Position numbers and translations under genes: made by a program. Below the pieces are notes generated by a model. It was not told the DNA's origin. It worked only from the letters and a program-made list of their open reading frames with translations, and did not search any database. Below are positions 1 through 13,400 of a stretch of 64,000 nucleotides of DNA, one piece after another. Source of the stretch: Microbotryum violaceum (lineage: Eukaryota). The stretch spans positions 496,001-560,000 of the forward strand of contig CDLV01000016.1 of assembly GCA_001244265.2 (NCBI GenBank). The letters run 5' to 3'. Each line of letters starts with the position of its first letter. Within the stretch, counting starts at the first letter, position 1.

Positions 1-573
1 CACGCGACGTAGACGATGTAGACAAATTCAACATCGCCCGGATTGATCCTTTCGTTGAAGTTTCGCTATACCAGCCCGGTCTCGCATCCCCTGCCAAGAA
101 GCGTAGCAAGGTTGTTCGGTACGTGCCGCGGAACCGCGCTTGGATGTGATCCTGTGCGCTGATGCTGAGCTGGCTTCCTGGGTAGCGGGAATGCGTTCAA
201 TCCGATCTTCAACACGCCCTTGACTTTTGAGTTCACTGCTCACCCCTCAGAGGGCATGTTGGATCTTGTCTTTCTTCGCGTCGAAGTGCTCAATGCGCGC
301 GGCAACATCAAAGCGGCGTTCGAAGAAGGGAAAGGGGATCCGGTGGGTGCCTTCGCCATTTCACTGGGCGCGCTGCTACCTGGTAAGATCCAGCCTACTC
401 TTGCGCCCAATGTACCTTCCCTGACGTCTGAAATTGACCGAATCACGCGTAAAGGCTACCGGCACGTCCCCTTGTACGATGCTGTTGGCGACCAGCTCCT
501 GTTCTCCACCCTATTCCTTAAGGTCGTCCTGGACCCTCGGAGTTCGGGCATACCTGCGACTCTCGGCCCGTAG
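1..573 (+). CDS. PLC1: Phosphoinositide-specific phospholipase C, C-terminal C2 domain (5' truncated by the window edge; spliced)
   Basis: Spliced exons read DPFVEVSL...GNAFNPIFN...LVFLRVEV...LLPG/YRHVPLYDAVGDQLLFSTLF, typical of the fungal PI-PLC C2 domain. GT-AG introns at about 119-185 and 383-454; stop at 571-573. Confidence 0.85.
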
Positions 574-986
574 ACACTTCCCTGTACTTGTTATGGCATG
601 CTTGTTGTATGTTGCCGAGTCCCCCCGCTGCTCCCAATTGGGAATGCTTACTTTTGCGCTCGGAAGGGTCCAAAGTAGTTGTCCTTCTGTTGAGCACTAT
701 CGCTTTCAAAGTATTGGGTAAAGTCCTGAATTGCTTGGAATGAGCTTAGAATCCACATTGCCCCGTCAAGTGTGCTCACCTTGATGGCCGGGATAGTCGC
801 TCGTTTCAAGCACGATAACATCACCATACATTCGTCTCGTCCACATCACATCAAAAATCTGTGAATCGCAGTAATCGCCGGCGATCGAGGTGCAAGAGTT
901 TGATCCGCGAGCCTCCACTGCAGCGTCGCGCTCGGCGGACTGGGCTCTCCTCACAACCCCACTAGTCCAATCACGGTCGTATCGTC

Positions 987-2015
987 ATGTCATCCGCACC
1001 TGCACCATCCAACAAGACTTCTTCTGCGGTGCCCTCGGAAAATGTACTCTCTGCCAAGGCAAGTGCTCGAAGGGGTATGAGCCGAACCTTCTGGTCGTAT
1101 CCTAATCCCATCGCTAGCCCTTGTTACTCTTCCACTGACGGATGTTCTTTTCTTGATCTCCCGACGGACCGTAACCCCTACACCGTCTTGGTCACAAATG
1201 TCTTATCACTCTTCTCAAATTGCTCACGCATCCTTTCACGATTCCGATCTCACGAATGCTGCAACCGCCCGATCCCGTCCGACGTCTTTCTCGCATCGTT
1301 GCGTCGCCTCTCGCCTCTCGCTGGACTCTGACCGGTGCATTCGAACACGCTCGCACAACAGTCGGATATCTGTGTATCGAATGCCATCGTCAAGGCTGGT
1401 ATCGGATTCGGCGCAGGTGTTGTCTGTTCGGCGATTCTGTTCCGTCGTAAGTAGCGAACAGGCATGGGAGCCGAGCCGAGCTCTGTTTGAGCGCTATCAT
1501 AGCACTTGGCGTCACGTTATGTAGACGCGGGCTGACCTAAGTCCATGACTCTTGCACGCAGGGCGACCGTGGCCCGTGTTCGTAGGGCTCGGCTTTGGTC
1601 TAGGACAAGGCTACAGCGACTGCGAGAGGGTCTTCAACCCGGCCGCCGTGCCCGGTTTCGTCATCGCCAAAGATGGCAAGCCTCAGGTTCGTGCCATGGC
1701 TACGTCACACAGGTCTCATTGAAGCTAGCACTAGACGCTCACAGCGGTATCCCTGTTTCGCTCTTCACCTCTGCCCCATCCCGCGCCTCCTCCGGCGCTG
1801 TGAACATTCACAATGATGTTACGACTTTGAAGGCTTCGCCGTACGCGAACTTCAACCCCTTCGGATCTAAGGCTTCCGATGTCAAGGACAGCGCCGAGGA
1901 CAAAGTTTCACAAGTCGTGGACAAGGTCAAGGACGCGACAAAACAAGTCGTCGGCAAGGCAGAGGCAGTGAAAGACAAGGCCGAGAACAAGCTCGGCGAC
2001 ACGAAGTGGGTGTAG
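987..2015 (+). CDS. MIC10: MICOS complex subunit Mic10 (spliced), with a probable charged C-terminal extension
   Basis: Exon 1 (987-1058) MSSAP...SENVLSAK; exon 2 from 1362 SDICVSNAIVKAGIGFGAGVVCSAILFR; exon 3 RRPWPVFVGLGFGLGQGYSDCERVFNP. The two GxGxGxG transmembrane motifs around RRR are diagnostic of Mic10. The last exon (to 2015) is less certain. Confidence 0.85.
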
Positions 2016-3365
2016 CATGAGTATCAGCGCTTACGATACGTTGGTCAGAGTAGAAGAAAGAAGAGAAGGAATAGAGCATGGTATCTTGCCAGGTGTTGCA
2101 GGGATCCGCCTGCCAACTCACCGCCGGAGTCTGCCACGTGACCTGGTAGGTGTCCACAATCTTGCTCCCGCAGCGATAAACTTACTCCCGCAACGCCGCT
2201 CGCGCCTACTGCCATGCCAGACAACTCTTATGTCCTCTAAGATACAGCCGTGTCAATCCACTCCGATCGGTGTACAGAGTGATCAGAGTCGGCGAACCGG
2301 GCAGACGACGGAAGAAGTAAATTCAAAAGTGTTGTGGCTCCAGCCAGGCTCAACATCAATTCGCACCAATCGGCAGTATTTAGTCGTCGAAACGCACCTC
2401 AGGCGTACCTTCAAAGTTACAGCCTAGACCGCGCGCGCGAGCGCGCCAAAAACCTCGATCCTCAGCGGGTTTCACACTGGGGTTGGTCGCCCAATACCCG
2501 GATTGCCAGGACTCCCAATCCCGGGGTGGTCAACAGCGGCAGATGCATTATACGGACCGACATGACTTCGTTGATCAAGCTATACCCAGTACTCAAAAGT
2601 TATGATGTTTCCCAATTCTAAAATAATGTGGAACACTAGTGATTCGGGACATCTCAATCGCGCAAACTTTTTGGCAGACAGTGGCCGTGGCTTGTGCTAC
2701 ACAGCTTAGCACACGTCATGTGTCGGCCGCGAGCCAGCGCAGTCCAGCGCGCGCCCTTTTCGGACGTCCAAGATGCCCCAGTGTTCGCCTCTGCCTCTTT
2801 TCCCCTCGTTGTGCGCGCACCTTTCGACCAGCGTTGTACAAAAGCTGCCCAAAACATATCAGTGAGTTCCAGAGGTGTATGCTCGCTGTCGCGCCGCGTA
2901 CGTTTTCCCCGCGACTTTGGGGTTGACCGTCGCTTGCTAATAGCTCAGCTCACCTCCCAGCTGAACTGGCTTGCATGCTGTCAGACTAACGTCTGACCAC
3001 CCAAAGCCATCGTACTTATCCCTAGGCTCCTTCTATTTTACCTCTGTTGTGATATTACCTTTCTAGGTGCCTAATCTCCGTTCGATACTGGTCCAAAATA
3101 CACGTACGTCGCGTCGTTCTTGCCCAGCTCAGCCCACGTGACTAGTAGTATACGACAATCGATCGACCCTGGCTTCGATTGCTCCTGCTGGAAGTATCGA
3201 CTGACTACTCTCGGACCTGAAGTAGCTTCAGAAAATAGATAAAAAGAAGAAGAAGCGCCCCTTTTTATTTTCTGTTTTTGTCCAGGACAAAAAAAAAAAA
3301 AAAAAAGGGCGACAATTTTGCATCAATCTACAAAATCTTCCTAGCTTCTGAGAGTTCTATCTTCC

Positions 3366-4500
3366 ATGGAAGGCACGATGGATTTCTTGTTCAGTCCCGT
3401 CTCAACCGCCAACGCGATGCCTGGTCTTTCCATGTCCAATCAGTCTGCGCGTGGCCAGTATCCCAATCCCAGCTCCTGTTCAACATTCGATCAACGGTCT
3501 TCAGGCACCACTGCCGAGCAATTGTGCCCGCCTCCGACCTCCGCCGGCGCTCGCAAGGAATGCCTACCCGCAGATGCTCGAATTCCTTAAGGCATGATCG
3601 GGCGCGTGCAAAGCAAGCCGCCTAAGCGCTATACCCCAAGGAAGAGAAAGACGGACCGTCACTGTGCGTTTCAGCAGATCCTTGCCGTGCCGTCATGGAA
3701 TGGTACTATTGCGACGAGAACATTCGGCTGAGCGATTCCAACGCGTCACCCAGTCAAAGGTGGTCGGTCAGGAAACGAAGGGCGCTGAGCACGTGGGACA
3801 CCTTCCGGACGAGCCAGTACTTCTCGAGAAGCTACCTAACGATGATGGTATTGATCGTAAGTAGATGTCAAACCTTCCTCGTTCCGTGTTGAGTGCTCTA
3901 AATTGCCTCATTGCTGCTATTCCTACTCCCAGTCCCAGTCAGCCTGATAGAACGACAACCGATCGCCAGCGAGTTGTGGACTCGGATCAACGCGACAGAA
4001 AAGCGGGCGAGCCGAGTGCGAGGACATCCCGGCGCTGGAGCAAGATACGACAGCCATTGGTGCCGATGATGTGGACAATTTTGTATCCACCATTGCCTTC
4101 ACGTGACCCTGTACAGCGGGGGCGTCTGACAAGGCAGCTGCACAAGCTTATATAGAACTTGCCTCACAATGGCAAGATACTGTGAGTTGAGCTTCTTGTG
4201 GAGTCTCTTCGTGTCTGTTCAACACGCTTACTTACATACTGTGCTTCTTAGAGCGCCTACTATCCGTTGAACTTCCAAATCGAGACATTCGCTGTGATCG
4301 GCTCCAGCTGTGTGGAGCGCAAGGAAGATCGCGCCTTCCGCTGTTCCGCTGGGGCAGAGGCTTTCTCTGAACGCATAGGCTGGCTTGGAACTGACCAGGA
4401 ACTTGATATAGTCAAGCGCTTCACCAAAGTCGTAACTGGTCATGCGGCATTCGAGGAGTCAATGTACCGATCCAGCTAGGTGCGCGGTGGAGATTCCAAC
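3366..4500 (+). pseudogene. Decayed companion gene of KDZ element A (homolog of the 58734-60300 gene; HMG-box-like)
   Basis: Fragments WDTFRTSQYFSR, IASELWTRIN and DRAFRCSAGAEAFSERIGWLGTDQELDIVKRFTKVVTG align by eye with WNDFKTSRFFRC, IGSRYWEQVK and DRFIVSTLGGAAFMRRQGWDSDQQKDILVNFTDCVNG in element B. Frameshifted. Confidence 0.7.
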
Positions 4501-5985
4501 TTGACCACGCGCTTCGACTATGCTCCTCGCCCTCTTCGTTCTTTGACCCTTGCGGGCCGGCGACGTTTACGATAAGAAATTGACATTTCGAGATCTCAGC
4601 ATCTGGTACTGTCAATTGGTGCAGCAAGCGTTTGGTGAGTGCTGTTTGTCGCGTCGCGTCCCGTGTCGGACCGATTCCGTTCGATCTGGACTCTTGACCC
4701 TGATCCCTTTCTGCCCTCTCTCGACTATCTCGATTAGCCGGTGCACTCCAAACACAACGGGCTCAAGAAGACGTCGGCATGCCAAGCAACCCGAAGACTT
4801 GGTTCAACAGGCCGAAACTTCTTTCTCAAGATGATTGTCCATGTTAACGGGGGGTTTGCGCCTTAGCGATTTCCGCTCTCCGACCGGCTCGCCCAAGACG
4901 AATCTAGCCGACCATCGATGTGAAAAATGTAGTTCAAGAACGCTTTGACGCATCAGCAACGTATCGCACTCGTTATTTCTAACCGAATGTAATGTGGCTA
5001 TAACATACACTCAACGCGAAGAAGCCATCTTTTGGTCTGATCAGTCACAAGCATGTGCAACGCACTCCACTCGGGAGGGATCGTTTGAGACCGGCGGACC
5101 GTCTCGCACAGGGGGCAAGTACGAAACACCAGAGCGATAATTGTAGCTGCCAAGACTACTACGTAACGACTTCATTCTGGCTTATTCTGCCTTAGCTCGC
5201 CTTCTGTGTTTTGAAAACTCTTTGTGAAGGACGCCAGTGCGGAATCGCCGAGCGCTCTTGAAGTAATTATTTAATGGCGGAACCTTCCAGTGACCGGTGA
5301 GAACAGCTTCTTGCTCTATAAGTGTGACTTTTTTTTTTTTTGGTTTTGGCATACAAGACCGCGTGACCGAGAAAATAAGTGCATACGGAAGAGGCACGCT
5401 GCTTGAAAAGGGACAACGCCACTCGACTCCGCTCCTATTATTATTCACTCTTCAAGACGCGTTTAGCTCGGGTTTGTATGCGCGATGAGGTTGGGGCATC
5501 GCCGATCGGCGATTGCGCCCAAGTGCAGGTATCACTGCGCTGTACTAGATGCACCTCAGAAAGTCTAGCACATGACATTGTGGACTGAAGTACGCGCAAT
5601 CGGGCCAATCGCCCCTTTATCGGGCTAGCGACCTCAGTGTTCATGATTCACCCGCCAGTCTCATAGATACATTGGAATAATATTGATTTGAATGTCACCA
5701 TCGTGCTTAGCAATCAAGTTGAGCCTCATGCCGGCCTTCAAAGGACACTTTCGATTGAGCTCAAAATAAGAGCATCGGGTGAACTCAACGGCACGCTGCG
5801 CCTACCGCACCTACCCAAGGCATGAGATGGTATTTGAGGGCTTGACTCGAGGCAGCTCGTCGAGTACTCCCCCATGACCCGGCTTACCGTCTCGTCATGG
5901 TGTCAATTGAACCCTTGCGGAACCCTGCGTTTGACTTTAGCGGGGGGGGGGCAAAAGACCTCCCGACTCGGCATCCTCGCACGAA

Positions 5986-6690
5986 CCCTCGGTCGGGCTG
6001 GGTGGGAGATAGAAAACATGTACTGCTGTTCCAAACTTCTTGAACGGTTCAATGAAGTCTATGATGATATTCTCGTCGCCATATTAACTGTGCCCGAACT
6101 TTTTGTTGTAGTGTCCCCCGACTTTCACCGTCGAAACACCGGAGACCAAGGTTACGTTCTTGCCCTCGGTCGGGCTGGGAGGGAGACAGAAAACATGTAG
6201 GGCTGTTCCAAACTTCTTGGAAGGTTCAATAAAATATATCCAGGTAGCTTCGTGGCCATGTTTACGGTGCCCGAGCCCGAAATTTTCGTTGTAGTGTTGC
6301 CCGACTTTCACCGTCAAACCTCCGAGACCAAGGTCCGTTTCGACGTTGTGCACTCGGTCCTCGGTCGGGCTGAGTGGGAGATAGAAAACATGTACCGCTG
6401 TTCCGAACCTATTGAACAGTTCAATGAAGTCTATTATTCTCGTTTCTTGACCACATTAAGTGTTCCCGAACTTTTCGTTGTAGTGTTTCCCGACTTTCAG
6501 CCTCGAAATGTCCGAGACCAAGATTAGTCTTGACGTTTTGCACTCGGTCGGACTGGGTGGGAGATAGAAAGAAGATACTGCTGTTCCAAACTTCCGGGGC
6601 GGTTCAATAGAATACCCTCGCGACCATATTCACTGTGCCCGAACTTTTCGTTGTAGTTTTTTCCGACTTTCGGCCTCGAAACACGCGCAG
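5986..6690. repeat. Diverged tandem repeat, about 4 units of 177-195 bp
   Basis: The unit ctcggtcgggctgggtgggagatagaaaacatgtactgctgttccaaactt...cccgaacttttcgttgtagtg...cccgactttc recurs at about 5986, 6163, 6358 and 6544. Confidence 0.9.
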
Positions 6691-7119
6691 TTGACGGTTA
6701 AACCCGGCACATTCACCTTTGGCCCCTATCAAGGTCTGAACCTCATGAAGAGCCTATGTTGGGGAGGTAATAGGGAACTCGTGGTCCGTTTGAAACACTT
6801 AACGTTTTTGGTCTTCAGAAACCGGCAAAAAGTGCAGTGGTACCCCTTGGCGATTTTGGCGATTTTCGATTTTGGCGATTCTGAGGATGGAAGCAGAAAA
6901 ACCCTACAGGGTAGCAGAAAACCCTTCTCTTATGCCACGTAAGGTATAAAGAGATGAGAATGAACTAGGCGAAGGCAAGAAGAGGTGCTGAACACTGTGT
7001 CTTGGGGTGAAACGCGTGGGTGGCCGATTGCAAATTAGATCTGGGTAGGGGTGGGGGCAAGCGCCGAGTAATTACGACATGTTTGAAGCGCAGGATTAAT
7101 CTATTTAACCTGCAGTAAG

Positions 7120-9270
7120 TGATACCTGGACGCCTTCGCCATCGGTGCAGCCGAACTTGTTGGGAAAAAGTTGAGGGTCCAGCTCGACTTGACAGGGCCA
7201 ACCATGCGCGAAAGCGCCAAGACACTTGTGGCAAATTCAAGACGGGGGGCAATTTAGGCACTAACTAGGGCTCGTTTAGGCACTAATCATCGCTCTACAC
7301 AGGGCGAGAAACGAGTATGTTCAGACGATTCGACCGACCACAAGAGAGAATTAGATACCTATACGCGCCTTCTGTAGGCGATGCTTGAGGTTGCAGGCAA
7401 TGTTTTACAAGACCCCAATTCTGGCTTCGGGCTGTTCTTGTTCTGAGACGTGCTTGATCAGAGCCAATGCATAGTACAGCCTACAATGTCGAGCCACCCC
7501 CAATGAGGAGGACAGTAATTAAACACTGCAACGATCTTGCGAAGATGGTACAGTCATACGTACGTACCGCCGCTCCTCTCAAGCCTGTTGGACGTCTCGG
7601 AAACCGCGTTATGCCGACACACGCACGCCACAAGAGCCGCGTCGATTTTCCCGGCCAGAGCTTTTCAGCGCCATCGTCAGCAACTTTCTAAGATTCTGTG
7701 CATGCTTGTAAGTGGAGGTGTTAGAGGATCAGGGCAGAGCAGGGTGTTATATGGACTATCATGCTGAACAACGTACCTTCTTGGACGGTGTCGGCGCCCG
7801 CTCGACCGCCTCTTTCATTTCCGAAATTTCTGCCGCGCTGATGAACAAGTCCGGCGTGGTCGCTTGTGGGTCATACTTGGCTGCCTGGTTGCGCCATTGC
7901 TGAAAGCTTCCATCATGCGCAAACAAATGATCAAGTGGTAGGTGCCCGGTTTGGCAGCTTCAATGTGTTGGTCCAAATTCTGCAGGACACTTGTCAGCAA
8001 ATGAACCCTTTATGTGGAAGAGGCGATTGTCGGATCCGGCCTCGTGTGCGGCCAATGCTCGGAACTCGTCGAGCTGCTCGTTGCTTTTGTGATCGAGGCT
8101 CGCGGCCCTAGAGAAGTGCGCATGCAGGGGACTAGATTGGCACCGTCCCACACAAGACTCATGAATCGCGCTGAATTTGACCTCAATCTACAAACTAATG
8201 AGACGCCAGCCCACCTGAATCCCCCCATCCGTATCTTCTATAATGATCATCCATCCCTTGGGTCATCCCATCAACGGACGAGGGATCAACAATCCAGCAA
8301 GATTCGACCATTTGTAGAGCTTGGAATGTGAAAGCGGTCTTGAGGCAGTTGTACTCATAAGGCCAGTCTGAGCCAGTCGTTCGGCGTATGTGATTGGGGG
8401 ATCACCACTAATGGATCAGGGACAGACAGAGACCTCGTGGGGAAAGCCTGTGCCAAATGGAGCCATTGGAAACACAGGATCCCCGTTCCCCAGCAGATAA
8501 AGCTGAAGAAAGATTCGGAAGTGCTTACGACTGGTGGCGCCATGGACCAGAATGGAAAGGACATGTGTGCCTTTGCGGTCGCGCGGCGGCGGGGCCACCT
8601 CGTCGGCGATCCTGAATCCGTTCTCGACCTCAATGATGCGCGGATAGAGATGCCATTTTGGGCACGCCACAAACGACATGTACTGCACCCAGAGTCGAGG
8701 TCGTGCCTGCTTGCTGAATGCCGCCTCGCGCACAAGGAAAGCGAGGTATGTCCTGTCCACCCTTTCCAAGGTATGAATGAGGGTGACGATGGGATGGAGC
8801 TCATTCCTGAGGCGGTCCAGCGTCATCTGAGACATGTTGCGTGAATCGTAGACGTCCAGTCGGCAGGGTTCGAGGATAGGAGGAAGTGTACGTTGGCGAA
8901 ATTTTTGTTCTAACCACCATCACCTTCGTGCATGGCTCTGTCGTCGAGATCTGAGCGTTCTCCGGCGCCGTCATCCTCGTCTACCCCAAAGTAGTCGCTA
9001 TACTCGAACGCAGCGGCAGCGAATGCGGATACCGGGTCCGGTAAGAGGGGGACTAGGGGAGTGGGAGTCTGTACCGAATTCGACGTCGATGATGATAACG
9101 CTGATGATGCGGTGGGTCTTGGTCTATCGAAACGGTGTCCACTCCACCAAAGGGATCGTAGACCTTGACCTTGGCCCAGGTTGGAGCACACGACGCGCTG
9201 GGCTGATCGTTTAGGTCCTGCGGCCTCAGCTTGCGTGGTCTGAACTGTCCAGGGATGAAACGGCGAGTCA
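7120..9270 (-). pseudogene. KDZ transposase pseudogene of element A (a C-terminal part may continue to about 5150)
   Basis: Minus-strand fragments RPRLWVQYMSF, LDEFRAL...FADKCPA, AAKYDPQATTPDLFI, DAALVACVCRHN, IGVL*NIACNL and AHGWPCQVELDPQ...FGCTDGEG are colinear with the transposase at 50602-54475. Many stops and frameshifts. Confidence 0.85.
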
Positions 9271-9574
9271 TCGTGTCGGAAGATCCAGTGTCGATGTACG
9301 GCTGCCGCTCGCGATGTGGAAAGAGACGAACAGGCACGTGCGGTTTGTGCGCGACTGGCCGTTGGTCGCGCGACTTCGATCACGGGTTGCACGTGACCGT
9401 GAAGCACCTAGCGCAGGGTGGCAGACTCAGCTCGGAGGCCACGAGACTCTGACAAGACGAATATAGTCGAAGTGGCATCACATGGCAGCTTGGGAAGTAT
9501 TTTTAGGGGCATGGATCCATCGCAACAATCTCGTAGTTGGACTACACACACTGCTTTCCCCTTGACGGCCCCGG

Positions 9575-9840
9575 TGTAACGCCGGTGGCCTTACAGAAGG
9601 ATCGCGAGTACTGAGCCGATCGACTCGTCGTATTCGTTGTCCTTCAAGAGGTATTGTAGACTGTATTCTGGTTTCAGGATCGGTTCGAATGAATGTGTTC
9701 CTCTAAGAGGGAGAGAGAGGACCCAGACTGAACTACACAAAAGGGGGAAACCGGCCAATAATGGTCCAATATTCGGTTAACCGGGTTTCGGCCAGATTCA
9801 GTCGTTGGTCATGCGCGTGCGAGGCCGTTCGGGCCTCACA
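9575..9840 (-). mobile_element. Solo LTR (266 bp) of the Ty3/Gypsy family at 41948-61331
   Basis: TG...CA ends; nearly identical to 41948-42213; flanked by a perfect 5-bp TSD cccgg (9570-9574 and 9841-9845). Confidence 0.95.
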
Positions 9841-10429
9841 CCCGGGATGGGGAGTCCTGGCTATCCGGGTATTGGGCGACCAACCCCGAAACCCGCTGAA
9901 GGATCGAGGATTTTGGCGCGCTCGCGCGCCGGCCACGACACATGTAAGGATATATCCTTACACATGAGTTAAGGTCAATACACAACCAAATCTGTTCATC
10001 TTGATATTGTAACATCAACATATAACTATTTCTGAATGGTGTCTGCAAGGACTACATGATAGCATGTCTATTGCAAGACTTGTAGTGATTCAAAATCTCT
10101 GTGTCCTTACCGCACCTCCCGTATCCTTACCGCACCCTCGTATCCTTACATGTGTCGACATGTGTAAGGATACGCCCGCGCGCGCACGTGACATGCGTAA
10201 GGATACGCCCGCGCGCGCACGTGACATGTGTAAGGATACGCCCGCGCGAGAAGGTGCCATGTGGAACGACAGGAGGCGCACTCAGCCCGAAGCCTTTGTT
10301 CACATTTGTTCACCTAATTGTCCCCACACCGCCCATCGACGTCAACACCGTGGCACTGTTGAATTTTGCGAACCAGCCAATTGCGACCTCCAGCTTTGTG
10401 CCAGCAGGCACGGACTCAAATCTTTCATC

Positions 10430-13400
10430 AATGAGATTGCGGAACCGCCAACTTCCCGACCGTGACGCCGGGCCCTGGGCTCGGACTCGTTCTGGAGCTG
10501 GAGACCGGCCCCAATGGCGGACTCCCAAGTCGAGATTCAAAGTCCCAAGCATCAAAAGCCAATCAACGGTAGGAACCAATTGTCGAATCAGGAAAGGAAA
10601 TGGCCAGTCGGTCCCCGAGTCGGCAAACTCAGCGCATCCTCAGGACGATTCTGGCGACCTTCAAGCTGAAGCATTGACCTGCACGGTGTCCGCACCGCGG
10701 CTATCGAAATCCCCGACTCCAACAGGAGAATTTCCTATCACCGATCGTACAAGCGCCTTGCCTAATCGCATCAAGTCCGCAGAGGACTGCGAGGAGAACT
10801 GTGACAATTATGTGGACGATAAGCACAACGATCACAAGGACGACCGTGACAATGACTCACCTTGTTCCACTCGGCTCGCCCACGACACTCCCTTCCACCA
10901 CACCATCAAGCAAGAGAAGTCAACAATGCCTCTCCTGTGCTCCCAGAACAGCGATCCCGGTTGGCCGTCGCTGCGCAGTCAAAGCAGTGTTGAGAGTGTG
11001 AATTCCGCTTCTACCCTCCAAGTGGGCTCGCTTTCACCAGCATTAGCTCCGAACCTCTCCCGTCTAAGCGTTTCACAACCCAAGGCTATTCCAAAGGACA
11101 GCTCCATTCTTCCCAAGCATCAAAATACGACTCTTAAGCTTGAAGGTACGCCACATGTGTTGTCTAGATGGTAGGCCACCGGTAACGAGGCGAGGCGCGC
11201 GCCCGGAGGCTCGATTGGTTTTAAGGCAGTGGATTAGACTTAGTGTCTGAGTGGATTATAGTGTTGCGCGTGGGCCTATGCCTTCGCAAAGCAGAGTCCC
11301 TTGTTTATCTTTTCTTTAATCACTCGTTCCTCGACTATCGGTTCTGACACTGCGCTGCGCATCATTCTACCGCTGCCACCTATATAGGTTAGTTGTAATA
11401 TTTCAATCACTTGTTCCTCAACTATCGGTTCTGACACTGCGCTGCGTAACATCCTACCGCTGCCACCTCTATAGGTGGTGCACTTTTACATCAACATGCG
11501 CTCTCCCAGCCTGCTTAACAAACGGCTTCACTGGAAATTGATATTGTCCGCTTGCCTTTCTTAGTGTTGATGGTCAACTCTGAGGTTTCAAAGAAACCTC
11601 TCTTGGCGACTAACGTGCCGATGATATTTACGCTGTTGGTGTCCATCAACTTCACGGAGACAGGACATTGTTTCGTCTATCTACGAGATATTTTGGAAGA
11701 GGTTGCTGAGCTAACTGGCCTGGCTCTCCAAGGTATGCAAGACAAGATTAGATCGGTTCCCAAGCAATGTTGACAGGCCACTCAGCCAGTTACTAACCGT
11801 TTAATTCGGCGACTTATCTGTGTTTTTGTACAGAGGACTCCTGCTTCGACTACTGGGTGGTCGACGACGCGGCTACGTCATCTACTCACTCGACTCCATG
11901 TCTTGCCTCCTGCCGGTACGACCAACTCGCAGCATTTACTGCTGCGACCGACTCTTCGGACAAGGTTCTCGGGTTGACCGGCTTCGTACTCGACATCGAC
12001 TCGTTGCCAGCAGAAGCAACCATTACCTTGAGAGTGCGTATAGCTTCATGAGTTGACGGATTCTACGTCGTTGAGCTTTAGTCGCTGAGCTGACTCTTGA
12101 TTGCAAATGTCACAGGTCTACGAGCACATCAAGGCTCGACTCCCATTCGTAAATATCACTACAAGACCTCAAGGCCGGGTAGATGCCCCTGTTCCAAGTG
12201 GCGCACCTTCTGCTTCCAAGCACGACTTGCTTGTCAGGGAAAAGCGTGAAGCATCTCCAAGCGACAGGATCTCCGGCAATCTACGTCCGAACACCGAACC
12301 ATATTCAACGGATGACAAGCTCGTCAACAGTGAAGATCATGCGAATTTACCAACATATAGTGAAGGAAGGACAACGATGACGGACTTGATGCTCGAAGCA
12401 TACCCACAAGAGATTGTTCTTGATCCTTGGCGGCCCAACGGGACTTGGGGCGACGTCCTCATTGTTCGTATGGATCCAGGCTCGAGCGGTGGCTTGTCAC
12501 ACATGTGGGCTTTCTCGGCGTCATAATCTCGAACCGATTCAAAAGGGCGATGGAAAGGCCCGCGTTTGGATGCAAACGTCGAGTACAGCAAGTACAGCAA
12601 AAGACGTTGCATGGGCGTGTTCGTCTGTTGTGATTAATCATGCCCTGGCAAGCGTCGACCTCACACATCGCTGTCGACAGCGAGTAGGTCGAAGTTGTTT
12701 CAGGAGGAGACTCCACAGCTCGTCACAGGTCGCCCCAAGAAGGCTGCAACCCGCAAGCACCTCGCTCCAAACGTTGAGAGGCCTTCAGACGAGTTACCGC
12801 CGTGTCCAATCACAAGCTGTAACGGACCGATGAGGCACATCCTGTGCTCCGCTACGATTGCCGGAGGGCAGCGTGAGGAATGCCCGGGGGAAATATATAT
12901 CTGGCATTCAGGGTACCATTTGCATCCTCCGCCTCTGGTGTCGCGTCCGTCCCCGCAACATCTGGAAGAGCTGCAACAATTGCGTAAAGCCGCTCCACAA
13001 GCATCGGCCGCCGAGCTGCGCATGGGACAAATGTCCGCATTTCCGCAGGACCCTCGTCATCGGCCGTCCGCCTCTGAGATTTGCCCTGTATTCGACAGCA
13101 TTCTATCAATATCGAGATACGCACCAAGAGTGGGCCACAGTAAGCGTAATGGAGCCCTGCCCGACACGTTGAGGTCAGCTATTGAAGCTGTTGCCAATGC
13201 CGGTTGCCTCGCGTACATCGAAATACCGGGACAGCGCCAAGGGCAGCCACTTGCCGAGCAAATACACGATCCTGACCCTCGGAAGCAACCCAGGAACGAT
13301 GGGTCGCGGTCGAAGTCGAAGATCATCTCCAATTCGCTAACCGACTCTGAGACGTCATTTGGCATCCAGACTCCTCAGATGAAAGCGAGGCTCTCGGAAA

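Noticed and set aside
5986-6690. CRISPR-like array
   Set aside because: Eukaryotic context; the units are wholly repeated with no unique spacers, and there are no cas genes.
10064-10260. Identical small ORFs MSIARLVVIQ... at 10064 (+) and 17178 (-)
   Set aside because: A by-product of the MULE terminal inverted repeats.
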